Assembly: GCA_030390025.1 (NCBI GenBank)
Contig: CM059431.1
Location: 135,782,001-135,846,000 of the forward strand
Origin: Squalus acanthias
Lineage: Eukaryota
Direction: 5' to 3'
Length of the DNA stretch: 64,000 nucleotides
Translations under genes and position numbers: made by a program
The notes under the pieces: generated by a model
What the model was told of the DNA's origin: nothing
The model's database searches: none
What the model saw: only the letters and a program-made list of their open reading frames with translations
Shown: one piece after another, positions 25,245 to 38,301 of the stretch
Layout of the letters: each line of letters starts with the position of its first letter
Position numbering within the stretch: position 1 is the first letter of the stretch

Positions 25245-28200
25245 GACATTCTATTTTCTGTACCTATCCATGATATTTTAATGATCTATGTACATGGATC
25301 CCCAAGTCTCTTTGGATCTTTACTGTTTCTAGCTTTTCACCATTTAAAAAGTATTCTGTTCTCTCCTTTTTAGGTCCAAAGTGGATGACCTTATTGAAAT
25401 CCATTTGCTACAGTTTTGGCCATTCGTTGAATCTATCAATATCTCTTTCTAATTTTATGCTTTCATCTACACTGCTTATAATGCCGCCTATCTTTGTGTT
25501 ATTAGAAACATATAAACATAGAAGATAGGAGCAGGAGTAGGCCATTCGGCCCCTTGAGCCTGCTCCGCCATTCGATGAGATCATGGCTGATCATCCAAAT
25601 TCAGTACCCTGTACCTGCCTTCTCCCCATATCCCTTGATACCTTTATCTTTAAGAAATATTTCTGACTCATTCTTGAATATATTTAATGACTTGGCCTCA
25701 ACTACCTTCTGTGGTAGAGAATTCCACAGGTTCACCACTCTCTGGGTGAAGAAATTCTTCCTCATTTCTGTCCTAAATGGCTTACCCCTTATCCTTAGAT
25801 TATGATCCCTGGTTCTGGACTCTCCGACCATCGGGAACATTCTTCCTGCATCTAGTTTGTCCAGACCTGTCAGAATTTTATATGTTTCGATGAGATCCCC
25901 TCTCATTCTTCTATACTCCAGCGACTATAAGCCCAATCGACCCAATCTCTCCTCATATGTCATTCCTGCCATCCCAGGTATCAGCCTTGTGAATCTTCGC
26001 TGAACTCCTTCCATGGCAAGAACATCCTTCCTCAGATAAGGTGACCAAAACTGCACACAGTACTCAAGGTGTGGTCTCACCAAGGCCCTGTACAACTGCA
26101 GCAGGACATCCCTGTTCCTATACTCAAACCCTTTCGCTATGAAGGCCAACATACCATTTGCCTTCTTCACCGCCTGCTGCACCTGCATGCTTACCTTCAG
26201 CGACTGGTGCACAAGGACACCCAGGTCTCGTTGCACTTCCCCTTCTCCCAATCTATTGCCATTCAGATAATAGTCTGCCTGTCTGTTTTTGACACCAAAG
26301 TGGATAACCTCGCATTTAACCACGTTATATTGCATCTGCCACGCTTCTGCCCACTCACCCAACCTGTCCAAATCATCCTGGAGTTTCTCGGTATCCTCCT
26401 CGCAGCACACACGCCCACCCAGCTTTGTGTCATCTGCAAACTTGGAGATATTACATTTAGTTCCCTTATCTAGATCATTAATGTATATTGTGAATAGCTG
26501 GGGTCCAAGGACCGATCCCTGCGGTACCCCACTAGTCACTACCTGCCACTCGGAAAAAGACCCATTAATTCCTACTCTCTGCTTTCTGTCCGCCAACCAG
26601 TTCTCTATCCAAGTTAATACCTCGCCCCCAATCCCATGTGCCTTAACTTTACACGCTAATCTCTTATGCGGGACCTTATCGAAAGCCTTTGAAAGTCCAA
26701 ATACACCACATCTACTGGTTCTCCCTTATCTATTTTCCCAGTTACATCCTCAAAAAATTCCAGTAGATTAGTCAAGCACGATTTACCTTTTGTAAATCCA
26801 TGTTGACTTTGTCCGATCCTGTCACTGTTTTTTAAGTGCTCAGCTATTACATCCTTTATAATGGACTCCAGCATTTTCCCCACTAACGACGTCAGGCTTA
26901 CCGGTCTGTAATTCCCCGCTTTCTCTCTACCACCCTTTTTGAATAGTGGGGTAACATTAGCTACCCTCCAATCCATGGGTACAGTTCCAGATTCCATCGA
27001 ATGTTGGAAGATGATCAGCAATGCATCTACTATTTCTAGGGCCACTTCCTTAAGTACCCTAGGATGTAGATTATCAGGCCCTGGGGATTTATCGGCCTTC
27101 AATCCCGTCAATTTCCCTAACACCATTTCCCTGCAAATACTGATTTCTTTCAGTTCCTCCCTTTCATCAGACCCTATGTTCTCCAACATCTCTGGGAGGT
27201 TATTTGTGTCCTCCTTTGTGAAGACAGAACCAAAATATGCATTTAATTGGTCAACCATTTCTTTGTTCCCCATTATAACTTCCCCCGCTTCTGACTGCAA
27301 GGGACCTACACTTGATTTCACTAATCTTTTTCTCTTCACATATCTATAAAAGCTCTTACAGTCAGTTTTTATGTTCCTCACAAGCTTACTTTCATATTCT
27401 ATTTTCCCCTTCTTAATTAATCCCTTTGTCCTCCTTTGTTGAATCCTAAACTGCTCCCAATCCTCAGGGTTACCGCTTTTTCTGGCCAATTTATATGTCC
27501 TCTCCTTGGATCTTATGCTATCTCTAATTTCCCTTGTTAGCCACGGTTGAGTCACCCTTTTTGTTTTATTCTTATGCCACACTGGGATGAACAAATTCTG
27601 TAGTTCATCCATGCAGTCTTTGAATGTATGTCATTGCCTATCCACCGTCAACCCTTTGAGTGACATTCCCCAATCAATCCTACCCAATTCGCGCCTCATA
27701 CCATCATAGTTTCCTTTATTTAAATTCAGGACCCTAGTCTCTGATTCAACTACTTCACTCTCCATCCTAATGAAGAATTCTATCGTATTATGATCACTCT
27801 GACCCAAGGGGCCTCGTACAACAAGATTGCTAATTAATTCTTTCTCGTTACATAATACCCAGTCTAAGATGGCCTGATCTCTGGTTGGTTCCTCGACATA
27901 TTGTTCCAGAAAACCATCCCGTAAACATTCTAGGAATTCCTCCTCCACAGTATTTTTACTAATTTGGTTAGCACAATCTATATGTAAATTAAAGTCACCC
28001 ATGATGACTGCTGTGCCCTGGCAAACTTGGATATGTGGCTTTCTATCCCATCATCTAATTTGTTAATAAATATGGTGAATAGTTGAGGCCCCAACACAGA
28101 TCCTTGCGGGACACCACTAGTCACATCCTGCCAATTAGAGTACCTGCCCATTATCCCTACTCTCTGTCTCCTGCCGCCCAGCCAATTTCCTAACCAGGTC

Positions 28201-28975
28201 AATAATTCCCTTCAATTCCATGAGCTTCATCTTTAGCTATCAGTCTCTTATGAGGGATTTTATCAAATACATCCTGGAAGTCCGTATAAATAACATCCAT
28301 AGACATTCCTTTGTCCAATACTTTAGTCACCTCTTCAAAAAATTCAATCAGGTTCTCAGACGTGACCTATCCTTTACAAATCCATACTTTCTCTGATCAG
28401 CTGAAAATTTTCAAGGTGTTCAGTCACTCTATCTTTAATTATAGACTCTAGTAATTTCCTGACAACAGATATTAGGCTAGTTTGTCTATAATTCCCTGGT
28501 TTCCCTCGCTCACCTTTCTTAAATAGCGGAGTGACATGTGCAATTTTCCAAGCTAAAGGAATAGTTCCCAAATCGAGAGAACTTTGGAAGATTATAGTTA
28601 GGGCATCTGCAATGTTCTCACCGACTTCCTTTAAAACATTGGGATGAAAACCATCTGCTCCTGGGGATTTGTCTCTCTTTAGCGCCATTATTTTCTTCAT
28701 TACTGTTATTTATCTTATGTTGCGTCCCCGTCCCTGATTTAATATTAGTTTCCTTGGGATGCCTCTTCCTCTATTGTAAATACTAACGGAAAGTAATTAT
28801 TCAACATGTCTGCCATTTCCTTATTTACATTGACATTATCAGTTATCAAGGGGCCCACATTGCTCCTAACCACCCTCTTTTTCCTAACATAATTGTAAGA
28901 AAAGTGTTGATTTTGATATTCCTTGCAAGTTTCTTTTCATACTCCCTTTTTGTAGCTCTTACTATCTGTTTTGTC
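25245..28975 (-). mobile_element. Older CR1 (25245-25500 and 28018-28975) split by a younger CR1
   Basis: ORF 27978-28202 reads ..HISKFA up to the junction; RT sequence resumes left of 25500. Confidence 0.8.
25501..28017 (-). mobile_element. 5'-truncated CR1 LINE, same subfamily as 894-3585
   Basis: ORFs 27631-28002, 26656-27612, 25925-26596 and 25601-25906 cover APE end to C-terminus; tail at 25501-25525. Confidence 0.94.
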
Positions 28976-29325
28976 AATAGTGTGACAACAGGAAATAAGA
29001 ATTTACAGATAGGAGTGAATGCAGACATAAGAGTTTTAACTACTAAAGATCTGAAAATAAATACATAATGTGTGACTTTAAAATGGAGACTGACCATCCT
29101 CCACTCTCTAGCCCTACTTCACCTGAAGACTACACTTGGTCTTGACTTCCCATTTGCAATACCACGGGAGATGTGCTGCTACATAAAATATATAAGAATG
29201 TAGAAACCTATGCAATTAAGAAAGTGTTAGTATTGAATTATGGTGAAGTTGCTTAGCACTATGAAAACACCTTCTTCCCATTCATTGTTTACAGTGGTAT
29301 TGTAACTAAATTGCAGAAAAATTTT

Positions 29326-30016
29326 GGCCAGAATTTTCATTGACCCGTGGAGGCGGGTTTGGAGGCGTGTGGGGGGTTAAAATTGCGAAAACTGGCAGGC
29401 GGGCACAAGCCCGCCTCCATCCTGCCTCCACGCAATTTTCATTAAATCGTGTCTGCTGGTCCCGACTGTGTCCCGCCTCTAAGAGGCGGGATAGGCTGTT
29501 AAGGCTCTTAACAAGCACTAAATTGCCTCTATATTGCCATTTTGAAAGGCCTTTGTGATTTTAACCCTTTTTCTATGTGAAGCACACCTGTTCTGAACCA
29601 CGAATGTGAAACCTGGTGGTAGCACATTTGGATTGCTGACTATCAGCTGCAGGTCCACTATTACAACGGAGATTTGATGAATCAGCCTTCCAGGAGTAGT
29701 GGTGGTGGTGGTGGTGGTGGTATAAAAATATCTAGGAGCAGACTTAGAGCTCCTGCTGCTCATTTTGCCTCCAGGTCCTTTCACAGCAAAGGCCAGGCAG
29801 TCTTTGCAGACCTTCAATGCAGCAGCAATGATGACATCATCAGAGACGACTTTCAGACTGAAAACACTAATTGGGTCATGGGTTCCCACATGCTGGAACT
29901 CAATTGCCCAATTAGGTGAAAATCGCATCAATCTCCCACATCCAATTGGAGTCGGTTGGATAACACGAAAAGTGGATGACACGACACCAGCCTGCCCCAG
30001 TATCAAAATCCAGCCC
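29326..30016. mobile_element. Harbinger MITE, inverted relative of 36203-36918
   Basis: TIRs GGCCAGAATTTT / AAAATCCAGCCC; TSD TTT; internal homology to 36203-36918 and to the ends of 11565-13715. Confidence 0.85.
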
Positions 30017-30111
30017 TTTGAATTCAGTGTACATAGGAACACTCAAAAAAACATTGTTCGAATTATGCCTGGAGTATGTGACCCTCAAAAATGTTACCTT
30101 GCACAACTAAT

Positions 30112-30592
30112 GGGGAAATTTCAACTGGAAGTTGGATTTAAGTGGAGGGGTGGTGTCAAATGCACTCAGTCATGCCAGCATAAAAATTAGGCAATTTTAA
30201 CTCCCAGTCAGCTGCCTGCCTGAAATGGGTGGCGCCAAAGGAAAGCTCGCCGGCAAAAAGATAGGCTGCAGGGAGGACATTTTAGGATGGTCTTGAGGGG
30301 AGGAAGTCCAGGGCTGGAGAGGCTTAAGCTTTCCTTGTGAGGCTCAGAGAATTCTCTTCTCGCTATCTTCACCTGGCTGGAAAGCCATAGCGACTTACCC
30401 GCTCAGGCCAGAGTTAAAGCTGCAGTTGGGGTCCAACGTTGTCATTGATCTCCCGTCTACATATTTGAAGAAGGATCTCACAGGCAATGGAAGGCGGTGG
30501 GATCCAGGCTGATATTAATTGCCCACCAAAGCCCATTCCCCCTCACCCAACCATCCACCCATCCATCGGTTGGTTAAGATTAAAATCGCCCC
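30112..30592. mobile_element. Degenerate Harbinger-type MITE
   Basis: Ends GGGGAAATTT / AAAATCGCCCC. Confidence 0.4.
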
Positions 30593-31050
30593 TTAAATCT
30601 TGGTATAAAGTATCGAGATGTATCAAGCGAAAAACTCTTTAGACAGAAATTCAGCCAACCTACCAAACATACAGAGGAACAGAGAAAAAGAAAAGTAGTT
30701 TTAATAAGAATGCTGAACATACACAGCAAGTCCTTCTGCTTTGGGGGTAGATCTTTCAGGAGAAAAATACTTAGTTAAGTATTTGTCTTGAATGCCATAA
30801 AAATGTACAGGAATGGCAAAAGCAATTGGTTCTAACTGCAGGATATTTGCAAGGCCACGATTGCCCAATCTAACAGGAGAAAGCATCATAATAGCCTACA
30901 GTTGTGAACACTGACCTGAATGAAGTCCTTCCTGGAATTGGCAATTAAGTAAGTGAAATTGTGAGAGTCAATAGGTCTTGAAGAATGAAAGATGTCTTGA
31001 AAGGGAGACCTTGGAGAACAAATGGGATAGAGCTATTTAAAGCAAACCAG

Positions 31051-31830
31051 AGGGCCCGGATTTTGCATTAATAATAATGGTGAGGCTAACAGCACTCACC
31101 GTTATTATGGAATAAATCGGACAGCTACTTCTGGCGTCCGCACTTAAATATTTAGACATCGATATCCGGAAGTTGCTGTCAGAGATACCCCACTCCTCCA
31201 CAGGGTGTCCTGTAGCAGTCCTCACAAACAGACTCGGCATTGAAAGACATGCAATGGTGTGAAGTTGCTGTACTTGCCCATTAGTTCCCCACTAAAGATG
31301 CCATAAAAAGTTAGGTGCATTCAGGAGTAAATTCATTTTTAATGGTGTGATAATTGATAATTACTTCCAAACAATCTCTCTGGCCCTGAAAATTTAATTT
31401 TACAAGTGTGGAGTCTCATTCCTTTTAAAATTAATTAGTGTTGAAGATTTAAACAAAAATTAAAATACTTTCTGACATGGATCTTGTCATTCATGTATGA
31501 AGTAATACTGGGCGGCCTGCTGGTGGCGCTGTCCAGGGAGAGTATAAATACTCGGGCATGGGCCCAGCTTGCTTAGGACATTCCTCAACAGGAACTACGA
31601 AGGACACAACTAGACCTCCATGTTGTAAAACAGTTAATTAAAGCTTTGTTTAACACTTAGACCAAGTGCCTAGTAGTTTTCTTACATCACTTTCTTTTTT
31701 ACTTTTTTTTGTCTGTCTCTTTCATCACTCTCTCTTAATCCCACCTGTCTTTCCCAATCTTTATTCTGCTTTCTGTACACGATTTAAATCTAATTTATAC
31801 TTCCTGCTTTCTACTTCCTGGTTTAGACTC
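31051..31830. mobile_element. Left arm of a Harbinger-type element hosting nested insertions
   Basis: Begins GGGCCCGGATTTTGC; matching right end not confirmed (a TIR-like GAATTTCTCCCC lies near 34867-34878). Confidence 0.45.
31473..31689 (+). mobile_element. Small solo LTR, 217 bp
   Basis: TG...CA ends; perfect 5-bp TSD CTTTC; TATAAATA at 31543-31550; ATTAAA at 31637-31642. Confidence 0.8.
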
Positions 31831-31834
31831 AGCA

Positions 31835-33784
31835 GTCGTGATTTCACCTTCCGAGGCGGGTCCGAGGCAGCTGGGGTCGGTAGCGCGGTCCCAGCCCGCT
31901 GCCTGCTCCATCCCGCTCTGTTGAAGTGATTTTGCCCTGATTGGGCTTGTTAGGTCCGCCCAGCGAGGTTCCCAGCCAATTAAAAGGAAGCGGGTCTGAT
32001 GACGTATTTGATGATGCGTCATCAGCTGGTTTCCTTAAAGGGGCCATGTCCAAATTTACCTTGACAGTTGTGCTCTCAGTGTTCTACAGCACTGAGGTGC
32101 TGCAAACATTGACAAGCATTGCACAGAGGTGCACGGCTGCACCCAGGCTCTCCCATGATTCCCTACATATGCTTATGGAGGGAGTCACAGCCGCAGGCAG
32201 ATCCTCTTCTCTTCCACTGGGCAGAAGAGACCCCCCAGGAGACCAACACAGCCTGGTTGCACATTGCACAGGAGGGCACAAGCAGGGATGTCATCAGGAG
32301 GACCAGGCTGCAATGTCACAAGCCTTTCAATGATCTGAGCAGATCACGAAACGTTACTGCCAAGCCACACTAAACTTCATCCTGCTGTGCCACTCATCAC
32401 ATCCCCATCACTCTGCCTTCCCTACCCTACTCCTGCACATCCTTACACCAACTTACCTTGCACCTCAACCCATCCCTCTCTATCTACATTATCACTTCCC
32501 CATCTCCCTAACCACCCCTCACACTCACCCTCATCCTAGTCCAATCATAACAACTAACAACACACAAGGGTAGGCACTTGGGTGTTGTAGCCAATGTTCA
32601 TGTGAGGTTTCTGTTAATGTGCTGTCACACATTGAAATCTTTATTTTCATCACTTTGCATTCTTGGACAGATTCGTGTGCAGCTTTGGAAGTGGCTTTGT
32701 GAGTTGCAGTGAATGGTGAGACATAATGTTACCCCCCACAATAGTGATGAGTGTGAAAGGAATCACTTAGGCATTGTAGGGATGCTTTATTTTGTTGGTG
32801 TGGGGTGGTGCCAACCTGACGCATCATGTGGCATCCAGGGTGTACAGCGTCAAGTGAAGTAAATCTGGCCACGGTGAGGCCATCCCCGGCGTCCCGGGCT
32901 GCAATGTGGTCGGGTGCTGATGCCCTCTGTCCTGTGCAGTATCAGGTGATTGCGGAGAAGGTTGGTGTTGTTGTTGGTGCTGCTGGTGTGCCTGGTGCTG
33001 CTGGTGTTGGGGCTGATCGTGGTGGGATTCTGAGGACCAAGGTGAGATTTTTTTCAAGGGCACCAATGCTGATGGAATAGATGGCAGGTGAGGTTGAGAT
33101 GACAGAAGCGATCTGTCAATGGTGAGAAAGGTTGTTCCAATGAGGTGACACTGGAGAGTGTAAAGTTTCGCAATTATCGCGATTCAAAATAACGAAAGAG
33201 AAGCAGATTCGTTTGATCAGTTTATTGTAAACGAAATGCTGTCATGATTAAAAAGGACACAGAAGCCTGTAAAATGGCCGCCGCGCATCGTGGCAGAAGC
33301 TTCCTGAAGTACAGTGGGCAGACAAGATGGCGTTCGAATAAACATTTCAATATAAGACGGGATCATACTCGACAAACATTGAAATGATTGACAGCGGGTC
33401 AGGACCCCACTGTCAACCCACCTCCACGCTAGTCTCCAAGGTGTTGGGTCTGTCGGCGCTGAACAGACCCAACACCAAGCGGCGGGGGAGGCAATTTAGA
33501 TCATTAGCTGGATTGTTAAGAGACTCTTAAGTCTTATTTTAAGCTTAACTTTAGATTTTTTGAGTTCACCGATGGCTTCCCCGCTGCTCGGGGATCACGT
33601 CAGATAAGGAGGTCGAGTGTTGTGTCAGCATGAGACGATTTACTAACTTGACAGTGGCAAATGGTCTATAAAAGCTCCCATTTCATAGGTCTTCACTTTC
33701 CAAGGTTAGAAGCTCTTGCTTACTGCATTTGGAAGACAGATTGAGCTTTCTGCAGCTTTCAAGTATTTGGAGCCAACTCTCTCT
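31835..33784. mobile_element. Non-autonomous Harbinger (family of 43040-44780) with right portion inverted
   Basis: 31835-33158 is colinear with 43040-44370; 33383-33784 matches the remainder of that family in opposite orientation. Confidence 0.85.
33159..33382 (+). mobile_element. Terminal piece of the 8052-9689 LTR family
   Basis: Reverse complement of ~9467-9689; starts TGTAAAG, preceded by AGAG. Confidence 0.9.
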
Positions 33785-34105
33785 TGTAAGGGGTTTCGGC
33801 GTGCTTGTATCGCAGACGGTGCTGGTGCGAGGTTAGGCCTTCGTTGCCTAATACTATTGCTTGCTCTGGTCTCCGGCCAGCCTTGTTGCAATAAGCACCT
33901 GTGAGTGGTTCGACCCACTCGCCCTTACGGTTCTAACACTGGACTTAGGTGCGAGAGCAGTAATGCAGAGAAAAACTCAGATAGACCCGGTTGAATAGTA
34001 CGAAATGGAAATCTTTATTGCATAGCGTCTAAAATCATGAAGTACATGTCATAGGCACAAATTAACGATAGTACAAGTATACATACATTCATAAAGCTTG
34101 GTCTA
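33785..34105 (-). mobile_element. Other terminal piece of the 8052-9689 LTR family
   Basis: Near-identical to 8052-8372; starts TGTAAGG, preceded by CTCT. Confidence 0.92.
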
Positions 34106-34466
34106 GACAGACTAGATGCAGAAGGAATGTTTCCCTTGGCGGGTGAGAACAGAACTAGAGGACATAATTTAAGGATAAGGGCTAAACCATTTAGGACAGA
34201 AATGAGGGGGAATTTCTTCACTCAGAGGGTGGTGAACCTGTGGAACTCATTGCCACAGAGGGCAGTGTACGCCAGCTCATTAAATATATTTAAGAGGGAA
34301 TTAGATATATTTCTACAGGCAAAAGGGGTTAAGGGTTACGGAGAGAAGGCGGGGACGGGATACTGAATTGGAGGATCAGCCATGATCTCATTAAATGGCG
34401 GAGCAGGCTCGAAGGGCCGGATGGCCTACTCCTGCTCCTATCTTCTATGTATCTATGTATCTATGT
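34100..34466 (+). mobile_element. Young 5'-truncated CR1 3' end
   Basis: Nearly identical to the reverse complement of 56098-56462; (CTATGTAT)n tail. Confidence 0.92.
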
Positions 34467-35633
34467 AGAAGAGACTGTGGGGGCTGCACTCTGAGCTCTT
34501 TCCCTGGTACTCTCCATTGCTCTTTCCAGCAGATTTGATGTGCAGGTCTCTCCAGGCCGAGATTCAAGGCTGCAATGAGCAGGATGTGGATGGAAAGCAA
34601 GATCAACCATCCCCTTTAAGAACTGGCCCATGCCATTGTGTGTGTGTTCCGTTGCTGACTGACATTACATGAGCTTTGCCAGCGCTCTGAGGTAGCGCCT
34701 CGCTCCCAGGCCTCTGCGCCTTAAGACAGGTGTGAAGCGCCTGATTTAGTGCTCCAATCACCTCCAGGGGCGATAAAAGTCAAGTTTGCAGTCGGTGGCA
34801 ATAATTAGCGCCAGGCGCTAATCTTTGCGCCCGGCCGATAATTGCGCCCCAAATGGGGTGATACTGAATTTCTCCCCCTTTGTCTTGCAGCTTTTCAAGA
34901 TTTCCACAATTCGCAGAGACTTGGAAGAGATAGAGGCAAGACAGCCGCTGTTACTCTTCTTCAAGAATAAACTGGCTTGATTGCTGCCTTACTGCTCATG
35001 TAAAGTTTCTGTGTATTAGATCCCATAGAATCATAAAATCTTACAGTACAGAAGGAGGCCAATCGGCCCAGTGTGCCTGTGCCAGCTCTTTGAAAGAGCT
35101 GTCCAATTATTCCTACTCCCCTGCTGTTTTCCCATAGCCCTGCAATTTTTTTCCTTTCATGTATAAATCCAATTCCCTTTTGAAAATTACCATTGAATCT
35201 GCTGCCACCACCCTTTCAGGCAGTGAATTCCAGTTCATAACAACTTGCTATTTAAAAAAAATCTCCTCATCTGCCTCAAGTTCTTTTGGCAATTATTTTA
35301 AATCTGTCCTCTGGTTATTCGCCCTTCCACTCTGCCAGTGGAAACAATTTCTCCTTATTTACTCTATCAAAGCCCCATATAATTTTGAACACCTCTATTA
35401 AATCTCCTCTTAACCTTTTCTGCTAGAAGGAGAACAACCCCAGTTTCTTCAGGCTAACCACATAACTGAAGTCCCTCATCCCTGGAACCATTCTTGTAAA
35501 TCTCTTCTGCACCCTCTCCAATGTCTTGGCATCCTTCCTAAAGTATGGGGCCCAGAATTGGACACAATACTCCAGTTGATGCGAACCAGTGATTTATAAA
35601 GTTTACCATTACTTCCTTGCTTGTGTACTCTAT

Positions 35634-37127
35634 GGGGGGAATTTTGCCAGTCCTGGGGAGGTGGATATGGAGGCGGGACTGCCGGGAAAATGGCAGAAAC
35701 TGGGAGCGGGTACCGAACCCGCTCCCAACCCGCCTCCGTACCATCTTCCCGGGAGGCAGGTCCCCGACTCGCGCAGGGACCCGTCTCGTCGAGGCAGGAA
35801 GGGGATTAGTGCCAATTAACTGCCTGTTAACAGGTAGTTAACAGGCAGTTTTGAGGCTTATCCCAATTTTGCCCCTGCAAGTGCGGGCTCCCCGATGGCT
35901 GTGAGGCGAGCAGTGGGTCTGCGGGTGTGAGAGGGATCGAAAAATCCGCTGTAGAAGTGAGTGATGGGTGCAAGTATGGACAGGTAAGTATGAGAGGTGA
36001 ATGTAATGTGTTAGAAAAAGTTTACTTACCTTTGCTTCTTCCTGCAGGCTTCAACCCTTGGGGATCCGGAGGTGCCTCAACTCAACTGCAGAGATGACAG
36101 AATGGCTGCTACATTCTCAGATGCAGCAGCCATCTGCTTTCTGCTGAGGAGAGAGGTTTTGGTGAGTCTTTGTGCAAGGGCTCACCTTAGAACAGAGATT
36201 CAGGGCTCGATTTTGTCATTGGGGCGGGCTGGGGTCGTGTCATCCGCTTTTTGTGTTAGCCAGCCAACTCCAATTGGATGTGGTAGAATTATGTGATTTT
36301 CCCCTAATTGGGCAATTCAGTTCCAGCATGTGGGATCCCATGACCCAATTAGCTTTTTCAGTCTGAAAGTCGCCTCTGATGATGTCATCATTGCTGCAGC
36401 ATTTAAGGTCTGCAAAGACTGCCAACCTTTTGTCCTTTGCTGTGAGAGGGACCTGGAGGCAAAAGGAGCAGCAGGAGACCTAAGTCTGCTCCCAAATTTT
36501 TTTTTACCACCACCACCCCACAACAACAACAACAACAACAAAAAGTGCCCCCAGAATGATGATTGATCAAATCTCCTTTTTAATGGTGGAGCTGCAGCTG
36601 ATAGTCAGCAATCCAAGTGTGCTACCGCCAGGTTTCACCATCGTGTTTCAGAGGAGGCGTGCATCACGTCGGAAAAGTGTTAAAATCAGAAAGGCCTCTC
36701 AAAATGGGATTATAGAGGCAATTAAGTGGTTGTTAAGGGCCTTAACGGCCTATCCCGCCTCTTGGAGGCGGGACGGAGACGGGATCAGAAACCACACATT
36801 TGGAAAAATTGCTCGGAGGCGGGATGGAGGCGGGGTCGGGCCCACCCGCCATTTTTTGCAATTTTAACACCCCACACGCCTCCATTCCCGCCTCCTTGGG
36901 CCTGGCAAAATCGAGCCCTCAGTGTTTGACAGCTTCTCAAACGTCATACGCTGACGTCCTCTGTCACCGGCTTTCCCTTAATTAGCCGGCTAAGCCCACA
37001 GGGCAGGCTTAACAAGGTCAATTAAGGGAAAATAGCGTGGGTTGGCCGGACATCGTTGGGGGCAGGACTTAAACCCGACAACCAGCAGTCCCGCCTCCAA
37101 CTCGCCCCCATTGACAAAATTCAGCCC
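35634..37127. mobile_element. Harbinger MITE (family of 63087-63935) with nested MITE
   Basis: TIRs GGGGGGAATTTTG / CAAAATTCAGCCC; TSD TAT. Confidence 0.88.
36203..36918. mobile_element. Harbinger MITE
   Basis: TIR GGGCTCGATTTTG / CAAAATCGAGCCC; TSD TCA; host MITE is contiguous at 63660-63690. Confidence 0.92.
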
Positions 37128-38301
37128 TATGCCTCTATTTATAAAGCCAAGGATCCCATATGCTTTTTTAACAGCTTTATCAAGTTGTCCTGCCAGCTTC
37201 AAAGATGTATATGAATCCCCAGGTCTCTCTGTTCCTGCACTCCCTTTAAAGTTGTACCATTTAGTTTATATTGCCTCTGCTCATTGTTCCTCGCAAAATG
37301 CATCAACTCACACTTGTCTGCATTAAATTTCATCTGCCATGTGTCTGCCCATTTCAGCAGTCTATCTATGTCCTTCTGAGGTCTGCTACTATCCTCCTCA
37401 CTGTTTATTACATTTCCAAGTCATCTGCAAACTTTGAAATTGTGTCCCCTCTACCCAATTCCAGGTCATTAATATATATCAAAAAGAGCAGTGGTCCTAA
37501 TACCAACCCCTGGGGGACACCACAGATTACGTCCCTCCAGTCTGCAAAACAACCTTTTACCACTTCTCTCTACTTTATGTCCCTTAGCTAATTTCATATC
37601 CACGCTCCCACTGCCCTTTTAATCCTATGGGCATCAATTTTGCTAACAAGCCTATTCTGTGGCACTTTATCAAACTACTTTTGAAACTCCATATACACAA
37701 CGTCAACTGCATTACCTTCATCAACCCTCTCCGTTATTTAATTGAAGAATTTAATTGAGTTTGTTCAAATGTAATTCATTTGTCAGACACAATTTGCCTT
37801 TAACAAATTCATGTTGCGTATCATTTATTAACCCATGTTTTTCCAAGTGACAATTAACTTTGTCGCCACCACTGATGTTTGACTGACTGTCCTATAGTTA
37901 CCGAGTTTATCCCTCTCCTTTTTTTGAACAGGGGTGTAACATTTATAGCCCTGCAGTCCTCTGGCATCACTCCAATATCAAAGGAGGATTGAAAGGGCTA
38001 AAAATTCGATAGCCCCCGAAAACGGGCACAGAGATCGCGATACGCGATTATCCCGCACCTGTTCAAAGTAATGCAGGCAGCATGCAAACTTAGTGCTGCC
38101 TGCGAATTTAAATGATAATGGCATGCAGCCCAGCACCAAATGCGCTACTGAGTATCTACACGCTCATCAGGAGGCCCAGGTTCATGCAAGGCTTGCACTA
38201 ATTAAAGCTAGCCTGCACCTCTTAAAAGGGAGGTGCAGTTTGATGAGACCAGGTGCTGGAAGTCATTCCAGAAGGCAGTTTCAACTGAGAAGCATTCAGC
38301 A

